From an uncultured Candidatus Saccharibacteria bacterium (GTDB lineage: Bacteria; Patescibacteriota; Minisyncoccia; UBA6257; 2-01-FULL-56-20): DNA of 64,000 bases. The notes under the pieces are model-generated. The model ran no database searches, was not told where the DNA came from, and saw only the letters and a list, made by a program, of their open reading frames with translations. Position 1 is the stretch's first letter. Every line of letters begins with the position of its first letter. This document shows, piece by piece, positions 26,662 through 35,636 of this stretch. A program made the translations under genes and the position numbers. The stretch spans positions 1,456 to 65,455 of the forward strand of contig CAYHZA010000001.1 of assembly GCA_964361095.1 (NCBI GenBank), given 5' to 3'.

Positions 26662-28377
26662 ATGTCGTATAAAAAATACTTAGTCGCGGTTTTCTCGTTG
26701 GCAATCCTTGCGTTGCCTCTTTTTTCGCTTGCCCAAACAGTCGGAACCGGCAACGAAGCGCTTCAGGCGCAGATTCAAGAACTCTTGAATCAAGTACAAA
26801 CATTGCAGACGCAATTGAACCAAGTGCCGCAAAACGAACTACCTCGAACTATTCCGAGTTCTATTGTGCAATCCGCCTCTTCTATGGCAGAGCTTCAATT
26901 CTGTTATGATTTTACCGCTAACCTCAAGGTGGGAAACCGGGGCGAAGGGGTAGTGGCGCTTCAAAAAATATTGGATGATCAGGGATTTACGATTCCCGAA
27001 AATGAACTGAAATCTAAAACATTCGCGGAGGGAACGGCTCGCGCCGTGCGCGATTTTCAGGAAACGTACGCTTCCGAAATTCTTACTCCAGTAGGTCTTT
27101 CGGTCGGTAGCGGATTCGTGGGAAAGAACACAAGGGTGCTTCTCAATCGTTTGAGTAGTTGTAAGACCACGGATTTAAAGGGCGTTTCTCCTCTTGGCGT
27201 ATCGCTTACCGATCCACAGATCTCGAGCGAGAGATATCAGATTCCAGGAGTACCTGTCGCGCTTTCAACTTCAACGCCTTCCTTTGGAATAATAGTTGAA
27301 AAAAATACTGCATATGCAAATCCGGCATTTGGCGTAGGACACCAAAACGCAAAGATCGGCTCATACAGTTTTACGGCTTATCCGACCGAAGGGGTAAGTC
27401 TCGTGAGTGTCACTATTAGCACGGGTGGAGGCTCATCAAACTTCAAAAACTTGAAACTTAAGGATGGTGGTACCCAAATCGGTCTTACATATCCTACGCT
27501 TTCTCATAGCGCGAACTACGCATTTGTTGGAAATTCTGCCGTAATTATTCCGGCTGGCAAGACAAAAGTTCTCGATATCTATGCTGACGTGTTTTCTGGT
27601 GCACCTCTGGGAACGTATTCAAGCATCACTATACTGAATGGTTGTACCGGTACAACGGCTATAAGGGGATTGCTCATTACTTGCGGCGTGACCTTTGGAC
27701 AGGATGTCTCCACTGTTTTGCCCACGTTGACGGTTAGCTTAGACAGTAGCTCTCCTCCCGCGAGCCAAGTTGTTATGGGGTCAATTAATAACAACCTCGC
27801 GGTTTTTCGTTTTAGTGAAACCAGTAATATTGAAGACACGCAAATTACCGATCTTGTCGTTACTCAGCAAGTTCCGAATACTGCCACAAAGGTAAGTTTT
27901 ACGAATCTTGGGCTTTATAATGCGAGCTCACTCGTTGGAACCGCATTTTCGTCAGTAATAAATAATGCATACCCCTTTCCCTTTTACCGATGGAACTTCC
28001 ATTTTGTAAATCCGGTAGTTGTGTCACATGCTGGATCGATATCGCTTGTCTTGAAGGGCGATGTTGCGTCATATGCTTCAAGCGGCGCAACGGATAATAC
28101 CGCGCATGTCTTTAAGATCGCAAGCACGACCGATGTGACTGCATTGGGATCGACTTCGAATATGCGGGCACGGGTGAGTCTTGGGCTTCCGGTAAGCTAT
28201 CCGGTGGTAGTGTTGCGGACAAAACCTCCTGTTTCGGCAGCATTTCCCGAGACAATAATTGGCCATATGCCAATGCAACAAATTTTGGCATCGACAAAAT
28301 CTTTATTTCAGGAAAAATTGGACGAGATAAACAAGAATCTCCAGGAGCTTATTCGTCAATTACAGCTTCTTCGTTAG
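26662..28377 (+). CDS. Secreted protein with peptidoglycan-binding (PG_binding_1-like) domain and coiled-coil termini
   Basis: Signal peptide. GNRGEGVVALQKILDDQGF...GTARAVRDFQ. Confidence 0.55.
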   Translation: MSYKKYLVAVFSLAILALPLFSLAQTVGTGNEALQAQIQELLNQVQTLQTQLNQVPQNELPRTIPSSIVQSASSMAELQFCYDFTANLKVGNRGEGVVALQKILDDQGFTIPENELKSKTFAEGTARAVRDFQETYASEILTPVGLSVGSGFVGKNTRVLLNRLSSCKTTDLKGVSPLGVSLTDPQISSERYQIPGVPVALSTSTPSFGIIVEKNTAYANPAFGVGHQNAKIGSYSFTAYPTEGVSLVSVTISTGGGSSNFKNLKLKDGGTQIGLTYPTLSHSANYAFVGNSAVIIPAGKTKVLDIYADVFSGAPLGTYSSITILNGCTGTTAIRGLLITCGVTFGQDVSTVLPTLTVSLDSSSPPASQVVMGSINNNLAVFRFSETSNIEDTQITDLVVTQQVPNTATKVSFTNLGLYNASSLVGTAFSSVINNAYPFPFYRWNFHFVNPVVVSHAGSISLVLKGDVASYASSGATDNTAHVFKIASTTDVTALGSTSNMRARVSLGLPVSYPVVVLRTKPPVSAAFPETIIGHMPMQQILASTKSLFQEKLDEINKNLQELIRQLQLLR

Positions 28378-28391
28378 AAAATTTTTTCTTT

Positions 28392-28424
28392 CACCCCCGC
28401 TTTGCGGGGGTTCTTTTTGTTTTC
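28392..28424 (+). terminator. Rho-independent terminator cacccccgc-tttg-cgggggttcttttt
   Basis: GC stem plus T-tract after the stop at 28377. Confidence 0.65.
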
Positions 28425-28466
28425 TCGCAAGGCGAATCAGAGCTTCTTGGTGTATAATAGAAGAGT

Positions 28467-28931
28467 ATGATTATTTATCTCGGAGCGGATCACCGCGGTT
28501 TTGCCTTTAAAGAAGAGCTGAAGAAGATGTTGCATGCCGGAGGATATGAGGTGGTAGATAAAGGGAATGCCGTATCCGATGAAAAAGACGACTATCCGGA
28601 CTTCGCCGCCGCGGTGGCGCGAGAAGTAAGCCAAACCCCGAAAGAATCAAAGGGTATTTTGGTGTGTGGATCAGGCGCGGGAATGGATATGGTTGCGAAT
28701 AAATTTCCGCGGGTTCGTTCCGTACTTGCAATTTCAAAGGATCAAGTGCGTAAAGCGTGCAATGATGATGATGCGAATGTGCTAACGCTCGCGGCCGATG
28801 TGTTTTCTGCGCCGGATGCGGAAGATATGGTCCGTATTTTTCTTGAAACTAATTACGCGGGAGAGGAGCGGCACGAACGGCGGCTCGAAAAGCTTTTTAA
28901 AATCGAAGACGAACTTTATAAAAATTATTAA
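28467..28931 (+). CDS. rpiB: Ribose-5-phosphate isomerase B
   Basis: MIIYLGADHRGF...GILVCGSGAGMDMVANK. Confidence 0.85.
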   Translation: MIIYLGADHRGFAFKEELKKMLHAGGYEVVDKGNAVSDEKDDYPDFAAAVAREVSQTPKESKGILVCGSGAGMDMVANKFPRVRSVLAISKDQVRKACNDDDANVLTLAADVFSAPDAEDMVRIFLETNYAGEERHERRLEKLFKIEDELYKNY

Positions 28932-28934
28932 GCC

Positions 28935-29612
28935 ATGGAAGTTACCCCGGCCATTAACTGTTTAGATTTTGAGTGCGTGAAGCAAAAAATAAATCTCGCG
29001 CAGAATTTTCTTCCCGCGAACGGGTGGATCCATATTGATGTTACGGACGCGCGTTTTACATTCAATAAAACATGGGGAAACCCCGAGGAGTTTAAGGCTT
29101 TGCAAGCGACGGCGGGCGGTTTGCACTTTGAGATTCATCTCATGGTTGAAGAGCCGGAAAAAGTAATCGATCAATGGCTCGAAGCCGGCGCTCGGAGAGT
29201 TATTGTTCATTTTGAGGCAATTACGCAGAACGTAAAAACACTTTCCGACTACCATAGCACTATTGATACGATCATTGAGAGTTGTAAAAAATATAATGCC
29301 AAAGTGATGCTCGCGATAAATCCCGAAACGCCGATTGATGACATGATGCCCTACGCGAAAAAGTTTTCTTGTTTTCTTATGTTGGCCGTGCATCCCGGGC
29401 TTGCCGGACAGAATTTTTTACCGGCTGTTCTTGCGAAAATAAAATCGTTGCGGGAAAAATTGCCGGATGCTAAAATTGAAGTAGACGGAGGAATTACTTT
29501 GGAAACTGCCCGCGCGGCGAAAGATGCCGGTGCCGATATTGTCGTATCCGCGTCCTATATTTTAGGAAGCGGGAATCCCAAGGCCGCGTATGATTCTTTA
29601 AGCACGCTTTAA
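28935..29612 (+). CDS. rpe: Ribulose-phosphate 3-epimerase
   Basis: HIDVTDARF, HLMVEEPE, VDGGI motifs of the Rpe TIM barrel. Confidence 0.75.
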   Translation: MEVTPAINCLDFECVKQKINLAQNFLPANGWIHIDVTDARFTFNKTWGNPEEFKALQATAGGLHFEIHLMVEEPEKVIDQWLEAGARRVIVHFEAITQNVKTLSDYHSTIDTIIESCKKYNAKVMLAINPETPIDDMMPYAKKFSCFLMLAVHPGLAGQNFLPAVLAKIKSLREKLPDAKIEVDGGITLETARAAKDAGADIVVSASYILGSGNPKAAYDSLSTL

Positions 29613-29621
29613 ATTTTAAAA

Positions 29622-30482
29622 ATGGAGGGTTTGCACGATAAAAAATTAAAATTCTTAGAGGAGATGTCGAATGTCTTGCGTCAAGACGTGATAAAAACAC
29701 TCGTCGAGGCGGGGAGCGGACACTCGGCGGGTCCCTTGGGTATGGCGGACATCTTTACGACGCTTTATTTCCATATTTTAAATCACGATCCGAAGAAACC
29801 GGAGTGGCCGGATCGGGATCGCGTGGTTCTCTCGAATGGGCATATTTGCCCGATTTTATACGTTACGCTTGCCCACGCTGGCTATTTCAAGCTCGAAGAG
29901 TTAAAGACGCTCCGTAAGCTCAATTCTCGTCTCCAGGGCCATCCGCACCGTAAATCATTGCCGGGAGTTGAAACCACGTCCGGCCCTTTGGGTTCGGGGA
30001 TTTCGCAGGCGATCGGTATCGCGCTCGCGGCAAAGCTTGACGGCAAGCGGTATCGCACCTATTGTCTGACGTCCGACGGCGAACACGAGGAGGGAAATAC
30101 ATGGGAGGCGATAATGTTTGCGGGAAAAAACAGATTAAGCAATCTTACGGTTGTCGTGGATCGCAATAACATTCAAATCGACGGTTTTACCGAAACGATA
30201 ATGCCCCTTGAGCCGTTTGCCGAAAAGTACAAATCTTTCAACTGGTATGTGATTGAAGTGAACGGCCACAGCCATCAGGATTTTGTGGATGCTGTTGCCG
30301 AAGCGCACGCGATTCATGAACGCCCGACGGTAATTATCGCGCATACGATTCCCGGAAAAGGGGTGAGTTTTATGGAAGATGACTTTCGCTGGCATGGTAA
30401 ACCACCAAACAAAGAAGAAGCTAATAAGGCATTAAAAGAGCTAAGAACTTTAGGTGATCGCATCGCCAGCGAACATCAATAA
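29622..30482 (+). CDS. tkt: Transketolase, N-terminal (TPP-binding) subunit; its last ~25 codons are supplied by the inserted element
   Basis: GHSAGPLGMADI, LSNGH, GPLGSGISQAIGIALA, TSDGEHEEG. The 3' end (30393-30482) has AT-rich, recoded codon usage. Confidence 0.85.
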   Translation: MEGLHDKKLKFLEEMSNVLRQDVIKTLVEAGSGHSAGPLGMADIFTTLYFHILNHDPKKPEWPDRDRVVLSNGHICPILYVTLAHAGYFKLEELKTLRKLNSRLQGHPHRKSLPGVETTSGPLGSGISQAIGIALAAKLDGKRYRTYCLTSDGEHEEGNTWEAIMFAGKNRLSNLTVVVDRNNIQIDGFTETIMPLEPFAEKYKSFNWYVIEVNGHSHQDFVDAVAEAHAIHERPTVIIAHTIPGKGVSFMEDDFRWHGKPPNKEEANKALKELRTLGDRIASEHQ

Positions 30483-30782
30483 GTGGCACGCCCCCACACC
30501 TAACGAGTTTTATGTTCTACATCTATATGTTAAAGAGCAAAAAGGATAATATGTTATATGTAGGTTCTACTGGTGATCTACGAGAAAGGTTTGCTTTGCA
30601 TAATGCAGGGAAAATAGTTTCTACCAAAGGTCGCCGCCCGTTTGAACTGGTTTATTATGAAGCTTATCGCGCCGAGGATGATGCCCGTACACGCGAGCAT
30701 AACCTAAAGCTTCGTTCTAATGCCCTAAACCAGTTGAAACGCAGATTGAAGAAAAGTCTCGAAACTCGTTAGGTGTGGGGGC
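30393..30782 (+). mobile_element. GIY-YIG mini-element: recoded transketolase 3' end, 18-bp terminal inverted repeats (gcccccacacctaacgag / ctcgttaggtgtgggggc) and the GIY-YIG gene
   Basis: Inverted repeats lie at 30490-30507 and 30765-30782. Upstream of the left repeat is a synonymous, AT-rich recoding of the host gene end. Host sequence resumes at 30783. Confidence 0.7.
30512..30772 (+). CDS. GIY-YIG nuclease (YhbQ/UPF0213-like, 86 aa)
   Basis: MLYVGSTGDLRERFALHN (GIY...YIG...R...H). The stop codon lies inside the right inverted repeat. Confidence 0.8.
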   Translation: MFYIYMLKSKKDNMLYVGSTGDLRERFALHNAGKIVSTKGRRPFELVYYEAYRAEDDARTREHNLKLRSNALNQLKRRLKKSLETR

Positions 30783-30871
30783 ACGGGAAACCGCCGAAGC
30801 CGGACGAAGCACGGATTGCACTTAAGGAACTGCGGACATTAGGGGAGAGGATAAAGAGCGAACACCAATAA
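30783..30871 (+). pseudogene. Displaced original 3' end of the transketolase N-subunit gene (HGKPPKPDEARIALKELRTLGERIKSEHQ*)
   Basis: GC-rich host-like codons. Translation parallels ...HGKPPNKEEANKALKELRTLGDRIASEHQ* at the end of the intact ORF. Confidence 0.65.
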
Positions 30872-30875
30872 AGAT

Positions 30876-31541
30876 ATGAAAACAGAAAAAACCAACTACA
30901 TCATTCTTCTTATACTCGTCTTAGTGACGGCGATTGGCGTTGCGGCATACATAACACAAGCACGGAGGATATATAAACTTCCGGATGCAAGCCAGTTATC
31001 TATCGCCCACCGTGGCAACGGCACCAGTATTGATGTTAGCACTTGGAAAACGTATCGGAATGAGCAGTATGGGTTTGAGTTCAGATATCCAGATGGATTG
31101 CAGATTGAGGAGTATAAAAATGGGTTTGAATATAGTGTTTACGCAATATGGTTTAAAAACATAAATGTACGGATTGGAGTTTCAAATGCTGCCTCGCGAG
31201 AAAGTTATAATACTCGATGCGAGAGCGACGACACGGGAATGTGCATTGGATTTGAGTTTCTTAGATGCGAAAGTCAGCAGGATGTTTTGTGCAGTGAGTA
31301 TTCCTATGTACCCATTGGAGGGTTTTGGCAAAAGAAGGCCTCTATCTACAATCAGGATCAATCATTGCGAGGAGAATTTGAAGTTGACTTTAGTTTTGAT
31401 GGTCGAGTTATATCGCCAGCCGTTGTTCTAACCGACGAGATAGTCTTTGATTCAGTAGCTAGCGGTCAAATTGATAAACGCAATGAAAAAAACTTGAGAA
31501 TTTTTGAAGAGATTCTTTCCACTTTCAAATTCATAAGATAA
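30876..31541 (+). CDS. Hypothetical protein with N-terminal TM anchor
   Basis: 221 aa. Its stop overlaps the start of tktC (TAATG). Confidence 0.4.
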   Translation: MKTEKTNYIILLILVLVTAIGVAAYITQARRIYKLPDASQLSIAHRGNGTSIDVSTWKTYRNEQYGFEFRYPDGLQIEEYKNGFEYSVYAIWFKNINVRIGVSNAASRESYNTRCESDDTGMCIGFEFLRCESQQDVLCSEYSYVPIGGFWQKKASIYNQDQSLRGEFEVDFSFDGRVISPAVVLTDEIVFDSVASGQIDKRNEKNLRIFEEILSTFKFIR

Positions 31542-32533
31542 TGTTGAACCCTGATCTAAAATTATCCGAAAAAATCTTCGAGTCCGATATCGAACAAAAG
31601 CCGACCCGTGATGGGTATGGCGATGGATTAGTGATCGCGGGTGAAAAAAACAAAAATGTCGTGGTGCTCTGCGCGGACTTGACCGAATCCACGCGTTCCG
31701 AGGGGTTTGCGAAGAAATTCCCGGACCGGTTTTTTGAGGTGGGCGTGGCGGAACAAAATATGGCGACGATCGCTGCGGGCTTGGGCATCTCGGGCAAAAT
31801 TCCTTTTATTTCTTCCTACGCCACCTTTTCTCCGGGCAGAAATTGGGAGCAGATCCGCACGACGATTTCCTATAACGACTCGAATGTAAAAATCGCGGGG
31901 CACCATTCGGGAATTTCGGTGGGTCCCGATGGCGCGACGCACCAAGCAATAGAAGATATCGCGACCATGCGCGTGATGGCGAATATGAAGGTATGGGTGC
32001 CGTGTGATGCGATAGAGGCAAAAAAGGCGACCATTGCCGCCACAAAAATTTGGGGGCCGATCTATATCCGCTTCGCGCGCGAGAAGACGCCGATTATGAC
32101 GACGGAGAAAACTCCTTATGTGCCGGGTAAAGCCGAAATTTTTTGGATGCCCAAAGGCAGAGCGCAAGCAGTCATAATCGGCTGCGGTCCGCTTCTTTAT
32201 AACGCGCTTCTTGCCGCGCGGGATTTGGAAAAAGTTAAGATTAACGTTATTGTTTTGAATTCACACACCATAAAACCATTGGATGAGCATAAAATTATCG
32301 AACTCGCCAAAAAAACCGGCGCGGTGGTGACGGTCGAGGAGCATCAAATTGCGGGCGGTTTGGGCGGTGCCGTCGCGGAAGTATTGGCGAAACACGCGCC
32401 CACGCCCATGGAATTTATCGGTATGCAGGGAGTTTTTGGAGAATCCGGCGCGCCGAACGAATTAATAGAAAAATACGGGATGGGAGTGAAGAGCATCAAG
32501 TTCGCGGTGAAGAGGGTTCTGAGGAGGAAGTAA
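31541..32533 (+). CDS. tkt: Transketolase, C-terminal (pyrimidine-binding) subunit
   Basis: FFEVGVAEQNM, GHHSGISVGPDGATHQ and the C-terminal domain. Confidence 0.85.
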   Translation: MLNPDLKLSEKIFESDIEQKPTRDGYGDGLVIAGEKNKNVVVLCADLTESTRSEGFAKKFPDRFFEVGVAEQNMATIAAGLGISGKIPFISSYATFSPGRNWEQIRTTISYNDSNVKIAGHHSGISVGPDGATHQAIEDIATMRVMANMKVWVPCDAIEAKKATIAATKIWGPIYIRFAREKTPIMTTEKTPYVPGKAEIFWMPKGRAQAVIIGCGPLLYNALLAARDLEKVKINVIVLNSHTIKPLDEHKIIELAKKTGAVVTVEEHQIAGGLGGAVAEVLAKHAPTPMEFIGMQGVFGESGAPNELIEKYGMGVKSIKFAVKRVLRRK

Positions 32534-32561
32534 TACGATTTGTTATACTTAGGGAAAGCTC

Positions 32562-33593
32562 ATGAACCAGGATTTGATTAATTACGTAAGGCAGGCTCGA
32601 TCGGAGGGCATGTCGGATGATGCTATACGATCCGCATTGCTGGGGGCAGGCTGGGATTCTGTAGAAGTTAACTCTGTGATTGCCGGCATTGTACCCCAGT
32701 CGATCAGTCCGATTATGGGATCTTCTCCGGCACAGTCCCATTCTTCTGCGGTGCAGGCAGGTAGCGCAACTATTAATCAGGAAGATTTTATACGGCGATG
32801 GTCTTGGGGCGGTTTTCTTTTATACTTTTTATATTTTCTCGGGAGCCGAAATTACAAAAGAGCGTTTCTCTATTTTCTTGGTGCCACCGTTCCTTTTCTG
32901 GGTATATACCTCTGGATTAAATCTGGTCTTCGTGGTCGCAAGTTAGTTTGGGGAAGCGGAAAATGGCAAGATTTTGAATCTTACAGAAGGAGACAAGTTC
33001 TCTTGGATCGGATCGGTTTAGTACTTTTAGTATTGTCTCTTCTGGGTATTGCGGCGGGAGTATTTGGCATGTTTAGTTTGGAAGGAAATAAAAGCTCTAC
33101 CGCAATAGAATTTTCAGCTCCGTCTTCCACGGTACAAGAGCAAAATATTCAACCACAACCGGCTGTTGCAACAGCACAGAATTGTGGTTCTCTTGATTCT
33201 GACCGTACTGGTCTTCTTGTATTTGAGTCTCTCGCCAAGGCAACTCCTGCAGAGAAAAAAATTGTTGACTGCATGGACACGGCCGTCAAAAGTTGTAACA
33301 TTGCCTATCTTACAATCACTAAAGGTGGGCAGGAAATTGAAAGGGTTGAGATTCAAGGGAAAGAAAGTGATGCCTGCGTTATCACGCAAAAACTTTCTAC
33401 GGAAAAGATAAAAGGAACGGTTACGTGCAAGGTTTCATCCGCTGTTATTGCGAAGATTGTTACGAAGGCAGAACAGCAGAACGCTAGCTTATCTTTAAAC
33501 TTGGCGGGCGCAATGGAATTTGAACAAGCGAAAGGGACACCCGGTTTATCAATTACCGGAGGAGAGGAATTGAATTGTACAAAAACTCAATAA
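32562..33593 (+). CDS. Hypothetical membrane protein
   Basis: 343 aa with TM segments in the middle. Confidence 0.4.
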   Translation: MNQDLINYVRQARSEGMSDDAIRSALLGAGWDSVEVNSVIAGIVPQSISPIMGSSPAQSHSSAVQAGSATINQEDFIRRWSWGGFLLYFLYFLGSRNYKRAFLYFLGATVPFLGIYLWIKSGLRGRKLVWGSGKWQDFESYRRRQVLLDRIGLVLLVLSLLGIAAGVFGMFSLEGNKSSTAIEFSAPSSTVQEQNIQPQPAVATAQNCGSLDSDRTGLLVFESLAKATPAEKKIVDCMDTAVKSCNIAYLTITKGGQEIERVEIQGKESDACVITQKLSTEKIKGTVTCKVSSAVIAKIVTKAEQQNASLSLNLAGAMEFEQAKGTPGLSITGGEELNCTKTQ

Positions 33594-33596
33594 AAA

Positions 33597-34223
33597 ATGG
33601 ACGAAACATCCAAGGTTATAAATCAAGACGAAAAAGTGATTTGGGAGGGTCAGCCGCAGTTTGCTCCCTATGCCCTGAGTGTTGTTCCAGCTGTTATTAT
33701 TGGCTTGATCTGGAGCACGGCTATTTCTTTTATAGGTTATATTTTTATGACGCACGGCGCTCCGGGAATGTTTGCGCTTTTCTTTGCGCCTTTTATCTTG
33801 ATAGGTCTTTATATGTTGATTGGAGCACCGTTGATTGCGTTTTTAACATATAAATATATCTGGTATGTTATTACTGATAAGCGAGTTATTCTCCAGCGAG
33901 GATTGATAGGTAGGGATTTCGATTTCGTAGATTACGACAAGGTTGAAAGTGCTGGCGTGGATGTGGGAGTAATTGATAAGGTTGCTGGGAAAAATTCTGG
34001 AAGTATAAGAATTTATGCCAATCGATTAGTATATGTAGCAGGAAGCAGGGATCGTTCCGGAGGTACACAGAATGTGCCATTTACTCTCTCGCATATTACC
34101 GATCCCTACGGCGTTTTTGAGCTTTTCAAAAAAGTTTCCTTTGACGTAAAGGCAGATATCAACTTTCCAAACCAAATGCGGCCGCCGGGGAATAAAGGAT
34201 ACAACACGGAGTATAAGGGATAG
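33597..34223 (+). CDS. Membrane protein with bacterial PH-like (YdbT/bPH_2-like) domain
   Basis: Two TM helices then VITDKRVILQRGLIGRDFDFVDYDKVES. Confidence 0.45.
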   Translation: MDETSKVINQDEKVIWEGQPQFAPYALSVVPAVIIGLIWSTAISFIGYIFMTHGAPGMFALFFAPFILIGLYMLIGAPLIAFLTYKYIWYVITDKRVILQRGLIGRDFDFVDYDKVESAGVDVGVIDKVAGKNSGSIRIYANRLVYVAGSRDRSGGTQNVPFTLSHITDPYGVFELFKKVSFDVKADINFPNQMRPPGNKGYNTEYKG

Positions 34224-34227
34224 ATAA

Positions 34228-34560
34228 ATGAAAAACTTTTTCTTTGGCACCTCTAGTTTTTTAGGAATTGCGAGTCAGGCCCTTGCGCAGGGCAAATGTA
34301 TGTTAAACGGCAAGGAAGTCCCTTGCGGAGAATTAGGGAAAACAGTCAGCGGATTTTTGGGGGTGGGCTTTGCGGTAATTGGCGCGCTCGTTATTTTGGG
34401 AGTTGTGGCGCTGGTTTTTTGGATCATGATGCTTGTCCATGCCATCTCGAAGCCGATCGATCAAAAGCCGCTCTGGATCATTGTTTTGCTTCTTTTCGGA
34501 ATCGTTGGCGCGATTATCTATTATTTTGCCGTCAAAAAAAATTTTACTAATCGAGCTTAA
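34228..34560 (+). CDS. Small membrane protein with PLDc_N-like C-terminal segment
   Basis: KPLWIIVLLLFGIVGAIIYYFAVKK. Confidence 0.4.
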   Translation: MKNFFFGTSSFLGIASQALAQGKCMLNGKEVPCGELGKTVSGFLGVGFAVIGALVILGVVALVFWIMMLVHAISKPIDQKPLWIIVLLLFGIVGAIIYYFAVKKNFTNRA

Positions 34561-34616
34561 TTTAGGGGTCTACTCGACACATTTTTTTGCCCTAAAGCGT
34601 GGTATAATTTGCAAGT

Positions 34617-35636
34617 ATGTATGATATTGTCACCATCGGCGCCGCGACACGGGATATTTTTTTAAAAAGCCCGCTTTTTAAGATCGTCCACGATCCCAAA
34701 CATTTGGAAAAGCTCGGTTTTCCAACGGGTGAGGCGCAGTGCTTCGCGCTCGGAGGAAAAATTGAAGTAGGTCAACCGATTGAAACGATTGGCGGCGGCG
34801 CGGCAAACGCCGCGGTAACATTCAGCCGGCAGGGATTTAAAGTTGCGACGCTTGTAAAAATCGCGCGCGACAGAAACGGCGAGGCAGTGATGGATAATTG
34901 CAAAAAAGAGAATGTCGCGCTTCTGCCTCTTTTTGATAAAAAAGTCGGGACCGCCTATTCCGTTATTCTTCTCTCGTCATCCGGAGAACGAACGATATTG
35001 AACTTTCGTGGGGCCTCCGAGGATATAAAGCAGAGCGAAGTGCCGTTCGCTCAACTCAAAGCTCGTTGGGCCTACATTTCAACGGGCAAGATTCATCTGC
35101 CGGTTATGAAATCGATCATCACGCATTTGAGAAAGAACAACGTGAAGATCGCGATGAATCTCTCGCGGTATTATCTGAATATGGGACTCAAGGCATTGCG
35201 ACCGATCCTTTCCGAACTTGATGTAATTCTCTTGAATCGTGAGGAGGCGGCATATCTTATGGGATGCAAGTACGAGGAAGAAGAAAAAATTTTCAAAAAG
35301 TTTGACGAGGTGGTCAAAGGCATCGCGGTTATGACTGATGGTCCCTTAGGGGTTTTGGTTTCGGACGGGCGTACGATATATCACGCGGGGATTTTTAAGG
35401 AGAAAAAGATCGAAGATCGGACGGGCGCCGGAGACGCGTTCGGCTCAGGATTTGTCACGGCATTGATCGGCGCGGGAAAGATTGACGAGAAAAGCATACG
35501 GGAGGCGATTCGCGTCGGGTCCGCGAACGCGACATCGGTTGTCGAATATATCGGCGCCACACAGGGAGTGCTTCGGAAAAAGGACATAAAAAATCCTCGC
35601 TGGAAGAAGCTTTCGATTAAAATTCGGACCATATAG
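34617..35636 (+). CDS. PfkB-family carbohydrate kinase (ribokinase-like)
   Basis: N-terminal GGGAANAA. C-terminal TGAGDAFGSGF motif. Confidence 0.75.
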   Translation: MYDIVTIGAATRDIFLKSPLFKIVHDPKHLEKLGFPTGEAQCFALGGKIEVGQPIETIGGGAANAAVTFSRQGFKVATLVKIARDRNGEAVMDNCKKENVALLPLFDKKVGTAYSVILLSSSGERTILNFRGASEDIKQSEVPFAQLKARWAYISTGKIHLPVMKSIITHLRKNNVKIAMNLSRYYLNMGLKALRPILSELDVILLNREEAAYLMGCKYEEEEKIFKKFDEVVKGIAVMTDGPLGVLVSDGRTIYHAGIFKEKKIEDRTGAGDAFGSGFVTALIGAGKIDEKSIREAIRVGSANATSVVEYIGATQGVLRKKDIKNPRWKKLSIKIRTI

